Source: Cumulibacter soli
GTDB taxonomy: Bacteria; Actinomycetota; Actinomycetes; Mycobacteriales; Antricoccaceae
Reading direction: 5' to 3'
Length of the DNA: 32,000 bases
Assembly (NCBI RefSeq): GCF_004382795.1
Contig: NZ_SMSG01000006.1
Span: 204,542-236,541, forward strand
Positions 18,875 through 27,766 of this stretch are shown one piece after another. The notes beneath the pieces are model-generated. The model was not told the origin of the DNA, made no database searches, and worked only from the letters and a program-made list of their open reading frames with translations. Both the position numbers and the translations under genes were made by a program. Numbering within the stretch: the first letter of the stretch is position 1; every line of letters begins with the position of its first letter.

Positions 18875-19611
18875 GTACTTCGGGGCAGCGAGGCAAGGTC
18901 TTCACTGCGCCGATCCTCGTCGCCTTGGTGGCAGTGGTGGTGCTCGCGGTGGTCACCGTGATCGTCGTGATATCCGGCGAGGACGACGATCCCAATGCAG
19001 CGCCGGGCGAGACGAGCGGCAATTCGGCGTCCGCTTCCAGCGAGCAGTCCAGTTCTAGTTCTGCCTCGACGAGCGAGCCGACCGAAATCGTCAACGACGA
19101 GTTCGACGTCTCGTACAGCTATCCAACTGACGGATACGAGCCGAGCATGTGGGCTGGTCCGCTCGATATGCCCGCCGGTTCGATGTCGTTGCACTCCGCC
19201 ACGAGCTACGAGGCGTGCACTCCCGAGGCCGGCGCGGACGTGTTGTTCGCATTCGTGACCAGCGACCAGAGCGACCTCGCTGAGGCGGCGCAGAGCACGG
19301 CCGATGAGTGGGCTAACACGGTGTGGTCGCCAGCAGCGACATTGACCGATCCCAGTAGCCCGACGGAGAAGTCCACCGCCGGTGGGGTTACGGGGATGCT
19401 GGTGGAGCTCGAGTCGACGCGCGACGGAGGCGGGGACGACTGCGGTACGACAACCGCACACGTCGGCGCCTTCGCATTTGAGAACGACGCCGGTGACGTC
19501 GTCGTCTTCGTATCCTCGCACCGCGTCGACGGAGACACGATCAAGAACGACGACGAGTTCCTCGACGATGTCGCGGCGACCTACGACTCCATCGCGCTCG
19601 CCGGGAACTGA
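18871..19611 (+). CDS. hypothetical membrane-anchored extracytoplasmic protein
   Basis: TM segment APILVALVAVVVLAVVTVIVVIS followed by Ser/Ala-rich linker and a globular domain; ATGA overlap with upstream gene. Confidence 0.75.
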   Translation: MSTSGQRGKVFTAPILVALVAVVVLAVVTVIVVISGEDDDPNAAPGETSGNSASASSEQSSSSSASTSEPTEIVNDEFDVSYSYPTDGYEPSMWAGPLDMPAGSMSLHSATSYEACTPEAGADVLFAFVTSDQSDLAEAAQSTADEWANTVWSPAATLTDPSSPTEKSTAGGVTGMLVELESTRDGGGDDCGTTTAHVGAFAFENDAGDVVVFVSSHRVDGDTIKNDDEFLDDVAATYDSIALAGN

Positions 19612-19626
19612 TCTTCGTAGTTGCGC

Positions 19627-20901
19627 TCAGTCCACGAGGTCGCGGATCACGGCGTCCGCGAGCAACCGTCCGCGAAGGGTCAATACGACCCGCTCGTGAG
19701 CCAGCGCGGCGCCGTCCAGCAGGCCATAGGTCACCATCTGCTTGGTCTCACCGATCGCGCGCGCGGATAGGTCGCCGACGTCGATGCCCTCGCGCATCCG
19801 GATACCGAGCATGACTCGCTCCATCGCCCGTTGCTGTTCAGTCAGCGTCTCGCGCCCATGCGCCGGACTCAGTCCGGCGCCAATCCGGGCGGCGTACGCC
19901 GCAGGGTGCTTCACGTTCCACCAGCGCACCCCGCCAGCGTGACTATGCGCGCCGGGCCCTGCGCCCCACCAACCGCCGCCGCGCCAGTAAATCTCGTTGT
20001 GTCGGCACCGCGCATCCTGCCCCCGCGCCCAGTTCGACACCTCGTACCACTCGAACCCAGCCGCACCAAGGATCTCCTCGGCGATCTCGTACCGATCGGC
20101 GTGCACGTCGTCGTCAGGTTCGCCGATCTCGCCGCGCGCGATCCGGCGCGCGAGCGCGGTGCCCTCCTCAACGATCAGCGCGTACGCCGATACATGATCG
20201 ACCGGTGCCTCTAGGACGGCGTCGAGGCTGGCGCGCCAATCATCGTCGGTTTCTCCCGGCGCGCCGTAGATCAAGTCCAGGTTGATGTGCTCGAACCCGG
20301 CGTCGGCCGCCTCCTGAGCGGCGGCCCGCGCGCGACCTGGTGAATGGGTGCGATCAAGCACCTGCAGCACGTGCGGCGCCGCCGATTGCATGCCGAGCGA
20401 GACGCGGGTGAAACCGCCCGCGCGCAGATTCTCCAGCAGTTGCGGAGACACTGACTCGGGGTTCGCCTCTGTCGTGACCTCCGCGCCAGGCGCCAGCGTG
20501 AACTCATCGCTGATAGTGCGCACGATCGCGCTGAGTTCACCAACCGGCAGCAGACTCGGCGTCCCCCCGCCGACAAAGATCGATTCGACCGGCAGATCGG
20601 CATCGCCGAGCACTCGCCGGGCCAGACGGATCTCGTTGCGCACGAGTTCGCCGTAACTCTCGCGGCTGACGATCGCCGATCCGTCGCGCGCGGTGAGTTC
20701 GCGCGCCGTGTAGGTGTTGAAATCGCAGTAGCCGCACCGCGTCGCGCAGAACGGCACGTGCACATAGAAGCCGAATGGCGCCCGACGAGTCTGCTCGAGC
20801 GCCTCGGCCGAAAGTCGCCCGTCCATCGGCACGATCTCGTCTGAATCCAGCTCTACCGAAGGCACGGCGCCGAGTGTAATCCGCGTTGGGGCCGGGAACA
20901 T
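19627..20901 (-). CDS. hemW: radical SAM heme chaperone/oxidase-like protein HemW
   Basis: PFGFYVHVPFCATRCGYCDFNTYT, FVGGGTPSLLP, EANPESV, SLGMQSAAPHVLQVLDRTH, NLDLIYGAPGET. Start at 20901 (MFPAPTRITLGAVP). Confidence 0.95.
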   Translation of the reverse strand: MFPAPTRITLGAVPSVELDSDEIVPMDGRLSAEALEQTRRAPFGFYVHVPFCATRCGYCDFNTYTARELTARDGSAIVSRESYGELVRNEIRLARRVLGDADLPVESIFVGGGTPSLLPVGELSAIVRTISDEFTLAPGAEVTTEANPESVSPQLLENLRAGGFTRVSLGMQSAAPHVLQVLDRTHSPGRARAAAQEAADAGFEHINLDLIYGAPGETDDDWRASLDAVLEAPVDHVSAYALIVEEGTALARRIARGEIGEPDDDVHADRYEIAEEILGAAGFEWYEVSNWARGQDARCRHNEIYWRGGGWWGAGPGAHSHAGGVRWWNVKHPAAYAARIGAGLSPAHGRETLTEQQRAMERVMLGIRMREGIDVGDLSARAIGETKQMVTYGLLDGAALAHERVVLTLRGRLLADAVIRDLVD

Positions 20902-20992
20902 CACGCGGCCAAAGTGCGTTGTGATCAGTAACGCCCCGGCGACTTCCTCGGCCGCGGCGGAGGAACCTCGAAGGGATGCAGGAGTCAGCACA

Positions 20993-21412
20993 GTGCGTGA
21001 TCCGCAGAGCAAGCCCACCATCATCGACGAACAAGGCGAGTACGTCGCACCCGAAGCGACGGGCACGTCCGGCGCTCGTACCCAGAATCCGTTTCAGGCA
21101 GGCGCTGGCGGCCTCGGCGGTGCGATCCCACCGATTCCCGAGCACTTGCTGAACAAGAAGGGCAAGCCGTCCCTGTTCAAGATGATCGGTTGGAAGGGCA
21201 CCGCCGTACTGGTGCTCGTTGCGGCTGGGATCATCGCGCTCGCGGCTGCGTCGCTCGTCGTGTTGGCGTTCGCCATTCCAATCTTGCTGCTGCTCGCCGT
21301 GATTGGCTGGGTGGTGGGCAAGGTCCGTGGGCCGTCGCGGTCAGCTTCGCCAAGACGTGAATCATCCCGATCGGTGATCGTCGTCCGCGGCGGATTTCCC
21401 AACGGGCGCTAG
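20993..21412 (+). CDS. hypothetical membrane protein
   Basis: GTG 20993 preceded by GGAG; [23 protein letters not shown]... with two adjacent hydrophobic segments [37 protein letters not shown]. Confidence 0.65.
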   Translation: MRDPQSKPTIIDEQGEYVAPEATGTSGARTQNPFQAGAGGLGGAIPPIPEHLLNKKGKPSLFKMIGWKGTAVLVLVAAGIIALAAASLVVLAFAIPILLLLAVIGWVVGKVRGPSRSASPRRESSRSVIVVRGGFPNGR

Positions 21413-21660
21413 CGGGTCGTCCGCGCGTAGCGCTTGTTGAACTTCTCCACCCGCCCCTCGGTGTCCATGATCCGACCTTTCCCGGTCGAGAAGGGGTGAC
21501 TGGCCGAGGAGGTCTCCACCTGAATAAGCGGATAGGTGTTGCCGTCTTCCCACACGGTGCTCTGTTGGCTTGTAGCGGTCGTACGGGTCAGGATCCGCGT
21601 ACCGACGGCCATGTCCTCGAACACGACCGGGTGGTAGTCGGGGTGAATATCCTTGCGCAT
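21409..21660 (-). CDS. rpmE2: 50S ribosomal protein L31 type B (cysteine-free, zinc-independent)
   Basis: [78 protein letters not shown]; no cysteines. Confidence 0.95.
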   Translation of the reverse strand: MRKDIHPDYHPVVFEDMAVGTRILTRTTATSQQSTVWEDGNTYPLIQVETSSASHPFSTGKGRIMDTEGRVEKFNKRYARTTR

Positions 21661-21662
21661 CG

Positions 21663-22769
21663 CTAGTTTCCTTCTGTTTCGTCAATGTCGGACTCGCTGA
21701 TGTCGACAGCGAACGGGTCCTCGTAGTCATGCCACGCGCTCGGTCCGGCGTTGTACTCCTCGTCGGTCAGTACGCACGAGTCAAGCAGGCCGCGAATGCT
21801 GTGCACGTCCAGTTCTCGGCCTAGGAACGTCAGTCTGCTGATTGCGGTATCGCCATCTCGTGGACCCAGGTCGCCGAGGCTCAGCGACTCGCCGGCACTG
21901 TCCCAGCGGGTCCAACGATCCGAGGTCGAAGCGATCACGATGCGCCCCGCGGAGCGGATGACGCGATCAGCGAGCGCTTCCAACGCGTCGCTCAACCGTG
22001 CGGCATGCAGTGGCCGTTCGGACTTCCACCGCACGACCTGAAGGCTCGAGCCTGCTCGCGGCACGTCTGCGGACCAATCGAGCAGCCCGTCCCGCTCGAA
22101 TGCGCCGAGGCATCGCGGCTGGTGGCGGCCGGTGCGGGCCAGCGTGAGCATCGGTAGCGCGAGCAAGTCGGCGCCGAGCAGCAGCGGGGTGCCGGGCGCG
22201 AGCGCGCTGAGTGCTGCGAGTTCATCCTCCGAGCAACTTCCCTCGGTCAGCACCAACAGGTCGCAGGAGCTGACTTGCGCGGCGATGATGGTTGCCACGG
22301 GTCGGTCGTCCTCGGCTTGGACGCCGATCCCCCGCTCTCCGAGGATGTCGCCGCCGGAGAGATCATCGAGCCAAGCGCCTGCTTTCAGGACGCCGACGAC
22401 AGTGTCGAGTCGGGCATGCTCGGGATCGAGCGTGGCGCACAGTGACTCCAGCACTGCGTCGGCCTCGACGCTCGGGGCGAGGCGTAACGCCAGCAGATCG
22501 TGCCTGCCAAGTCGGACCACTCTCTCGATGCAGACCCGCAGTGCGTTCAGGTAGCTGCAGGTGAGGCAGTCCTGGGCGTCGATCTCCAGTGAGTCCTGCC
22601 AGCCCACGCCGTCGCTGATCAGCGCGCTCATCCGGCCGAGGAATGCCGTGGATGGGTCGACCCAGATCGTGGCGCACCGACTATCGCGCAGCACCATCGA
22701 AGATGCGAGGAGCCCGGTGTCGGCTTGGTCGATTCCGCACAGCGCGGTAATTTCCAGCATGTTCACCAA
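21663..22769 (-). CDS. COG0523/CobW-like protein lacking Walker A; resembles mycobacterial Mrf (ribosome hibernation recruitment factor)
   Basis: [23 protein letters not shown] in place of a G3E P-loop; [18 protein letters not shown] in place of the CxCC region; C-terminal [44 protein letters not shown] as in actinobacterial CobW C-domains. Start 22769 or 22760. Confidence 0.75.
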   Translation of the reverse strand: MVNMLEITALCGIDQADTGLLASSMVLRDSRCATIWVDPSTAFLGRMSALISDGVGWQDSLEIDAQDCLTCSYLNALRVCIERVVRLGRHDLLALRLAPSVEADAVLESLCATLDPEHARLDTVVGVLKAGAWLDDLSGGDILGERGIGVQAEDDRPVATIIAAQVSSCDLLVLTEGSCSEDELAALSALAPGTPLLLGADLLALPMLTLARTGRHQPRCLGAFERDGLLDWSADVPRAGSSLQVVRWKSERPLHAARLSDALEALADRVIRSAGRIVIASTSDRWTRWDSAGESLSLGDLGPRDGDTAISRLTFLGRELDVHSIRGLLDSCVLTDEEYNAGPSAWHDYEDPFAVDISESDIDETEGN

Positions 22770-23068
22770 CTCGACTTCGTCACGCCGGGCAGCTCGCCGG
22801 CGTGCGCCATCGCGCGCAGCCGCACGCGCGATACGCCGAACTTGCGCAGATAGCCGCGCGGGCGGCCGTCTACCGCGTCGCGATTACGCAGGCGGACGGC
22901 GCTGGCATCGCGAGGTTGGCGCTGCAACTCCGCCTGTGCCTCTCGCACCTGTTCGGCGGTTGATGACGGTGCGGCGATGATGCGTTTGAATTCCGCGCGA
23001 CGCTGCGCAAAGCGGGCGACGACTACCCGACGCTGTTGATCGCGGGAGATTTTGCTCTTTTTGGCCAT
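22763..23068 (-). CDS. rpsN: 30S ribosomal protein S14, long cysteine-free form
   Basis: [31 protein letters not shown]...[49 protein letters not shown]; 101 aa, no zinc CxxC. Confidence 0.96.
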   Translation of the reverse strand: MAKKSKISRDQQRRVVVARFAQRRAEFKRIIAAPSSTAEQVREAQAELQRQPRDASAVRLRNRDAVDGRPRGYLRKFGVSRVRLRAMAHAGELPGVTKSSW

Positions 23069-23072
23069 CTAC

Positions 23073-23243
23073 TTAACGTTCCTCTTTGAACTCCACGTGC
23101 CGCCGTACTATCGGGTCGTACTTGCGTAATACGAGGCGCTCCGGATCATTGCGGCGGTTCTTCCGCGTGACATAGGTGTAGCCCGTACCGGCCGTCGATT
23201 TCAGCTTAATCACGGGGCGCAGATCGGTTGATTTCCCTGCCAC
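23073..23243 (-). CDS. rpmG: 50S ribosomal protein L33, cysteine-free form (missed by the ORF track because it is short)
   Basis: GTG start 23243: [56 protein letters not shown], 56 aa, no cysteines. Confidence 0.95.
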   Translation of the reverse strand: MAGKSTDLRPVIKLKSTAGTGYTYVTRKNRRNDPERLVLRKYDPIVRRHVEFKEER

Positions 23244-23244
23244 G

Positions 23245-23481
23245 TCAGACCCTCTCGCCCTGCGCGCGCAGCCGCTTCACGACGGCCTCGATCCCCTGCT
23301 TGTCGATGGTCTTAATCCCCTTGGCCGACACTCGCAGTCTGACGTACCTGTTCTCGCTGGGCAGGAAGAACCGTTTGACCTGGATATTTGGGTCCCATCG
23401 GCGGCTGGTGCGCCGATGGGAGTGTGAAACGGACTTACCAAAGCTCGGCTTGGCACCCGTTACCTGGCAGTGCATTGACAT
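23245..23481 (-). CDS. rpmB: 50S ribosomal protein L28, form lacking the zinc-ribbon cysteines
   Basis: Start at 23481: [78 protein letters not shown]; only one Cys. Confidence 0.95.
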   Translation of the reverse strand: MSMHCQVTGAKPSFGKSVSHSHRRTSRRWDPNIQVKRFFLPSENRYVRLRVSAKGIKTIDKQGIEAVVKRLRAQGERV

Positions 23482-23548
23482 GTGGTTCTCCTCGGATCGC
23501 TCCGCCGTCGTTCCGGCGGTCGCAGGGGACCACGATAGGCGCGCTACT

Positions 23549-23560
23549 TCCCTTGCACAA
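23549..23560 (-). promoter_or_regulatory. -35 box of a possible promoter for the rpmB-rpmG-rpsN operon (TTGTGC at 23560-23555)
   Basis: Minus strand reads TTGTGC, 17-bp spacer (AAGGGAAGTAGCGCGCC), TATCGT; hexamer match only. The -10 lies just downstream of the stated interval. Confidence 0.35.
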
Positions 23561-23573
23561 ATGGGAAGTTGGC

Positions 23574-23593
23574 CATATTCGCACGCGAATATG
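23574..23593. promoter_or_regulatory. perfect 9-2-9 inverted repeat, candidate metalloregulator operator between divergent genes
   Basis: CATATTCGC-AC-GCGAATATG read directly from sequence; lies 93 bp upstream of rpmB start and 56 bp upstream of the divergent ORF at 23649. Confidence 0.55.
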
Positions 23594-23648
23594 AGTGCCT
23601 TCACGACACCGGTTCGCCAGTGACCGGCAGGCTGCGTAGGATCCGGTT

Positions 23649-24614
23649 ATGTTCTCTGTTTTTGTATCTGCCCCTAACGCCGAAGACCCGATGGCCGCCT
23701 TGGAGCTAGGCGAACGCCCCGAACCGGCTATTGCCGATGGCTGGGCCCGCGTCCAGGTCAAGGCCGCTTCGCTCAACCACCACGACGTCTGGTCCCTGAA
23801 GGGTCAGGGCCTGCCCGAGGACAAGATGCCGATGATCCTCGGCACCGATGCCGCGGGGATCGATGAGGACGGCAACGAAGTCCTGATCCACTCGGTCATC
23901 TCCTCCCCGGGGTGGACCGGTGACGAAACGTTTGACCCGCGCCGTTCACTGCTCTCGGAGGTGCATCAGGGTACGTTCGCCGAGTACGTCACCGTGCCCA
24001 AGCAGAACCTCATCGCCAAGCCGGCCGAGTTGTCGTTCGAGGAGGCGTCGTGCCTACCGACCGCGTGGCTGACGGCGTACCGCATGCTGACCAAAGACTC
24101 GGGCCTGAAGCCGGGTGACACGGTGCTGATCCAGGGTGCCTCCGGTGGTGTGGCGACGGCTGCGACAGCCATCGCCAAGGCGATGGGTCTGCAGGTCTGG
24201 GTGACCGGCCGCACCGAGGAGAAGCGCGCCGCTGCCGCCGCCAACGGAGCACATCAGACGTTCGAGTCCGGCGCTCGGCTGCCTGGAAAGGTGGACGCCG
24301 TACTCGAGACCGTCGGCGAGGCGACCTGGTCGCATTCGCTGCGCTCGCTGCGTCCCGGCGGCACCGTGGTGTGCTGCGGCGCGACGAGTGGTTTCAACCC
24401 GCCGGCTGATCTCGCTCGCGTGTTCTTCCTGCAGATGCGCATCGTGGGATCGACGATGGGCAACAGCACCGAACTTGCCGCGCTGATGAACTTGCTGAAG
24501 ACCACCGGAATCCGCCCGGCGATCGACAAGACGTTGCCGCTGGCCGAGGCGAAGGCCGGATTCCAGGCGATGGTGGACGGCGAGACGAACGGCAAGATCG
24601 TCTTTACCATCTAA
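23649..24614 (+). CDS. zinc-type alcohol dehydrogenase/quinone oxidoreductase family protein (MDR superfamily)
   Basis: VKAASLNHHDVWSLKGQG, MILGTDAAGIDEDGNEV, GTFAEYVTVP, TAYRMLTKDSGLKPGDTVLIQGASGGVATAATAIAKAMG NADPH-binding motif. Confidence 0.9.
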   Translation: MFSVFVSAPNAEDPMAALELGERPEPAIADGWARVQVKAASLNHHDVWSLKGQGLPEDKMPMILGTDAAGIDEDGNEVLIHSVISSPGWTGDETFDPRRSLLSEVHQGTFAEYVTVPKQNLIAKPAELSFEEASCLPTAWLTAYRMLTKDSGLKPGDTVLIQGASGGVATAATAIAKAMGLQVWVTGRTEEKRAAAAANGAHQTFESGARLPGKVDAVLETVGEATWSHSLRSLRPGGTVVCCGATSGFNPPADLARVFFLQMRIVGSTMGNSTELAALMNLLKTTGIRPAIDKTLPLAEAKAGFQAMVDGETNGKIVFTI

Positions 24615-24622
24615 CTGCGACC

Positions 24623-24660
24623 ATGACGGGCCCCGTAGCAGCCGCTACGGGGCCCGTTAT
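24623..24660 (+). terminator. strong Rho-independent-like hairpin without a clear U-tract
   Basis: ACGGGCCCCGTAG (24626-24638) - CAGCCG - CTACGGGGCCCGT (24645-24657): 13-bp perfect stem, extendable to 16 bp with one G.U pair; 9 nt after the ORF end. Confidence 0.85.
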
Positions 24661-24703
24661 GTTGTAACTCACAGCGCGTGCCGAACTCCGAAAGGACCCG
24701 CAG

Positions 24704-25969
24704 ATGAGCACCTCAGCTATGGACCGCATCCTCGCCGCGCAGGAGTCGATCGCCTCCTGGCAGGATGACCTTTATCTACATTTCCACCGCAACCCCGAGT
24801 TGAGCTTCGTCGAGCACGCAACGCACGACAAGATCGCGGACGAGCTGTCATCGATGGCGGGCGTCGAGGTCGTGCGCAACGTGGGCGAGACTGGGCTTGT
24901 CGGTGTGTTGCGCAACGGATCCGGCCCTACGGTGCTGATGCGCGCGGATATCGACGGCCTGCCGGTACGGGAACTGACTGGGTTGGATTACGCCAGTACT
25001 GCGCGGGGAACATCGGTGGACGGTGAGGAGTCCGCAGTGATGCACGCTTGCGGGCACGACGTGCACATCACGGGCCTGCTGTCGGCGACACGGCTACTCG
25101 CGGAGAATCCGGACTGCTGGTCCGGAACCTTCTTGGCGTTGTTCCAGCCTGCCGAGGAGCGCGGTGGCGGGGCGCAAAAGATGGTCAATGACAACCTGAC
25201 CGAGCGGATCCCGGTTCCCGACGTCGCGTTCTCACAGCACGTCACGCCGTACCCGGCTGGTGAAGTACACGCGTGCTCGGGGCCAGCGTACTCCACAGCC
25301 GACTCGATCAAGGTAACCGTGTTCGGACGCGGCGGACACGGCAGCGCACCCCATACGACGATTGATCCGGCGCTGCTAGTGAGCTCGATCGTGCTGCGGT
25401 TGCAGGGAATCGTCTCGCGCGAGGTCCGCCCCGGCGACTTCGCCGTGGTGACGGTCGGCAAGATCGCGGTCGGCAACAAGGTGAACATCATCAGCGATTC
25501 CGGCGAACTCCAGATCAATGTGCGCTCCTACAGTGACTCCACGCGTCAGCGCGTGTTGAGCGCGATCGAGCGGATCGTCACCGCAGAGTGTGAGGCGTCC
25601 GGATCGCCGAAGCCGCCGACATTCGAGTACTTCGATCAGTTCCCGCTCACCGTGAACGACGGGCAGGTGACCGAGCGCCTGCAGCAGGCGTTCGCGGCGG
25701 AGTTCGGCGATTGGTATACCGAACGGCCACGGTCCGGCGGCAGCGAGGACTTCAGCCATATCCCCAATGCGTTCGGAATCCCGTTCTGCTACTGGAACGT
25801 GGGCGGCATGGACCGCGAGACGTATAAGGATGCGGAAAAGCGCGGTGCGGTGATGAGCGAGATCCCAATGAACCACTCACCGTTCTTTGCGCCGGTAATG
25901 CATCCAACGCTGGATGCGGCTACCAAGGCGATCCTTGTCGCGGTGTTGGAGTGGGCGCCGACTGCGTGA
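24704..25969 (+). CDS. M20 family metallopeptidase/amidohydrolase
   Basis: HRNPELSFVEHATHDKIADEL, VLMRADIDGLPVRE, VMHACGHDVHITGLL, LFQPAEERGGGAQKM, GRGGHGSAPHTTIDP. Confidence 0.95.
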   Translation: MSTSAMDRILAAQESIASWQDDLYLHFHRNPELSFVEHATHDKIADELSSMAGVEVVRNVGETGLVGVLRNGSGPTVLMRADIDGLPVRELTGLDYASTARGTSVDGEESAVMHACGHDVHITGLLSATRLLAENPDCWSGTFLALFQPAEERGGGAQKMVNDNLTERIPVPDVAFSQHVTPYPAGEVHACSGPAYSTADSIKVTVFGRGGHGSAPHTTIDPALLVSSIVLRLQGIVSREVRPGDFAVVTVGKIAVGNKVNIISDSGELQINVRSYSDSTRQRVLSAIERIVTAECEASGSPKPPTFEYFDQFPLTVNDGQVTERLQQAFAAEFGDWYTERPRSGGSEDFSHIPNAFGIPFCYWNVGGMDRETYKDAEKRGAVMSEIPMNHSPFFAPVMHPTLDAATKAILVAVLEWAPTA

Positions 25970-26005
25970 GGCGAATCGCGTGCTTGACTGCTGATATCGC
26001 TCCGG

Positions 26006-26024
26006 GGCGGTAATCATTGCCGCC
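26006..26024. terminator. small hairpin between convergent genes, possible bidirectional terminator
   Basis: GGCGGTAA-TCA-TTGCCGCC (8-bp stem with one G.U), between stops of 24704..25969(+) and 26036..27682(-). Confidence 0.3.
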
Positions 26025-26035
26025 GTCCTGCAGGC

Positions 26036-27682
26036 CTAGATCCCGTCGCTCGGGGTGCCGTCGGCGTCGTAGATGGTGCCGTCCTCGTCGCCGTAGCCGA
26101 CGAGATATCGCAGCGGGACGTCGACCTCGTACGGGTCCTGCCCGGCATCGGTGAGTTGCGTGTTCTCCTCGTCGCTGATGCCACGACTGACCTGCACGTA
26201 CCGATTCGCCTTATCGATCGGCTCGGCGTTCGTAGCCGCGTCGCTGGCGTCGATCACCTGCTGCAACGCATCGCCGCTGACCTCGCTCAATGCGAAAGTC
26301 AGCGGTGGCGTTGAACTCACGATTGGGTCGTTGGTGGTGGCGAACCCGCCGTACGGTTGCTCGAGCCGAATCATATTGCCACCGACGACCATATCTATCG
26401 CGAAACCGGTACCTGCTCCCGACAGCGAGGATGCAAACGATCCGCCCCGAGAGCGCAGCACGTCGAAGCCAAATTCGTGCCCATTCTTGATCAGAATCGC
26501 CCCGAGGTCGAAGGGGGCATAGCCGAGTTCGTCAAGCGTGGCGCCTAGCTGCTCGTACCAGGCGTCCATATCGTCAAGAGCCCATAGCGGCGCGAGCGTG
26601 CCGTCGAGTCGGCCGTGCACATAGGTGTAGTTACCGCCCTCGCCGTACTGAAACTCGATCTCGGCTTGGCTCGGCGCTGGAGCGTCGGTGTCGACAGCAG
26701 CGATCTGGATATCCGTGGGTTCACCAAGCCCTGCGTCGGCATCAATCGTCTGGCTCATCGCGGCGAAATCAGGCAGATTACGGTCCGCGAGACTGAATGT
26801 CCCATCGGAGGACGCGAGTTCATCGTCGTACGTCGGCGTGAGATCGAAACTGTTCACGCTGATGTCCTGGCCGGTTTCGGGATCGTGGAATGTGCCGTAT
26901 GCCCCGGATCCAGGCGTTACTCGCAGGCTCCGCACGTGCTGCGAACTGCCCGGTTTGAACTCGTCCGCGGCGTCCAGGAGGGCGAGGAACATATCGGTGG
27001 CCTCTCCGATGGTGACGGACTCGCCGCCACCGGTGGCAGAGTCGTCCGTAGCAGAGGTGATCGACGGTAACTGCGCCGATGACATAGTCACCGGGATGAC
27101 GACACCGCCAACGACGATCGAAAGGCCCACCGCGGCGGCCGCCAGCGCTGGCCGGGTCCGCGGGCGCGGCGTACGCCCGAGCGGCACTGAGCGCGCTTCC
27201 TCGGTGTTCACTCGCGAATGCGCCCGGCCGATAGCGTCGACTCGTGATCGGCTCCCGGACGGGTCCGTGACCTTCAGATCACCCAGTAGCGAACTGAGCT
27301 GGTTACCCGGCACATGACCATCGACCACGGTGCGCTTGATAATCCACTCGTCACGTGAATCGCCCTCTGCCCGCCAGGCCAGGTCCACGCTCACTTTGCG
27401 ACGGTCATCGTGACCGTCCGGGCCGTAGGTGCGCTCTGACTCAATGCCGAGCGGGCGAGCCGCCGTATCGCGGTTACCGACCGCAGTCACCGGCGGCAGC
27501 AGGTCGATTCCACTCTGTAAGTCTCGTATTGCACCGACTGACTTACGCAGCGCGCCGCAGATCCAGAAAGCCGATGCAACACCGAGCGTCGCTCCTATTG
27601 AGATCCCGAGCGGTCCGGGATTATCTCGGACGACTATCACCGCAAGGGATCCAAGCGCGGCGGATGCGGCACCGTTTACCAT
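26036..27682 (-). CDS. large uncharacterised membrane protein with cytoplasmic linker and long extracytoplasmic domain
   Basis: Start taken at MVNGAASAALGSLAVIVV (27682); hydrophobic segments near the N-terminus and at PALAAAAVGLSIVVGGVVIPVTM, then approximately 320 aa acidic extracytoplasmic region. Confidence 0.7.
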   Translation of the reverse strand: MVNGAASAALGSLAVIVVRDNPGPLGISIGATLGVASAFWICGALRKSVGAIRDLQSGIDLLPPVTAVGNRDTAARPLGIESERTYGPDGHDDRRKVSVDLAWRAEGDSRDEWIIKRTVVDGHVPGNQLSSLLGDLKVTDPSGSRSRVDAIGRAHSRVNTEEARSVPLGRTPRPRTRPALAAAAVGLSIVVGGVVIPVTMSSAQLPSITSATDDSATGGGESVTIGEATDMFLALLDAADEFKPGSSQHVRSLRVTPGSGAYGTFHDPETGQDISVNSFDLTPTYDDELASSDGTFSLADRNLPDFAAMSQTIDADAGLGEPTDIQIAAVDTDAPAPSQAEIEFQYGEGGNYTYVHGRLDGTLAPLWALDDMDAWYEQLGATLDELGYAPFDLGAILIKNGHEFGFDVLRSRGGSFASSLSGAGTGFAIDMVVGGNMIRLEQPYGGFATTNDPIVSSTPPLTFALSEVSGDALQQVIDASDAATNAEPIDKANRYVQVSRGISDEENTQLTDAGQDPYEVDVPLRYLVGYGDEDGTIYDADGTPSDGI

Positions 27683-27766
27683 CGAGGCTACGGGCAAACT
27701 CCGGGGCTTCACGCCGCTGAGACTACAGCGGGTTTCTGGGTCGCCCTTGACTGGGACTGAGGGGCG

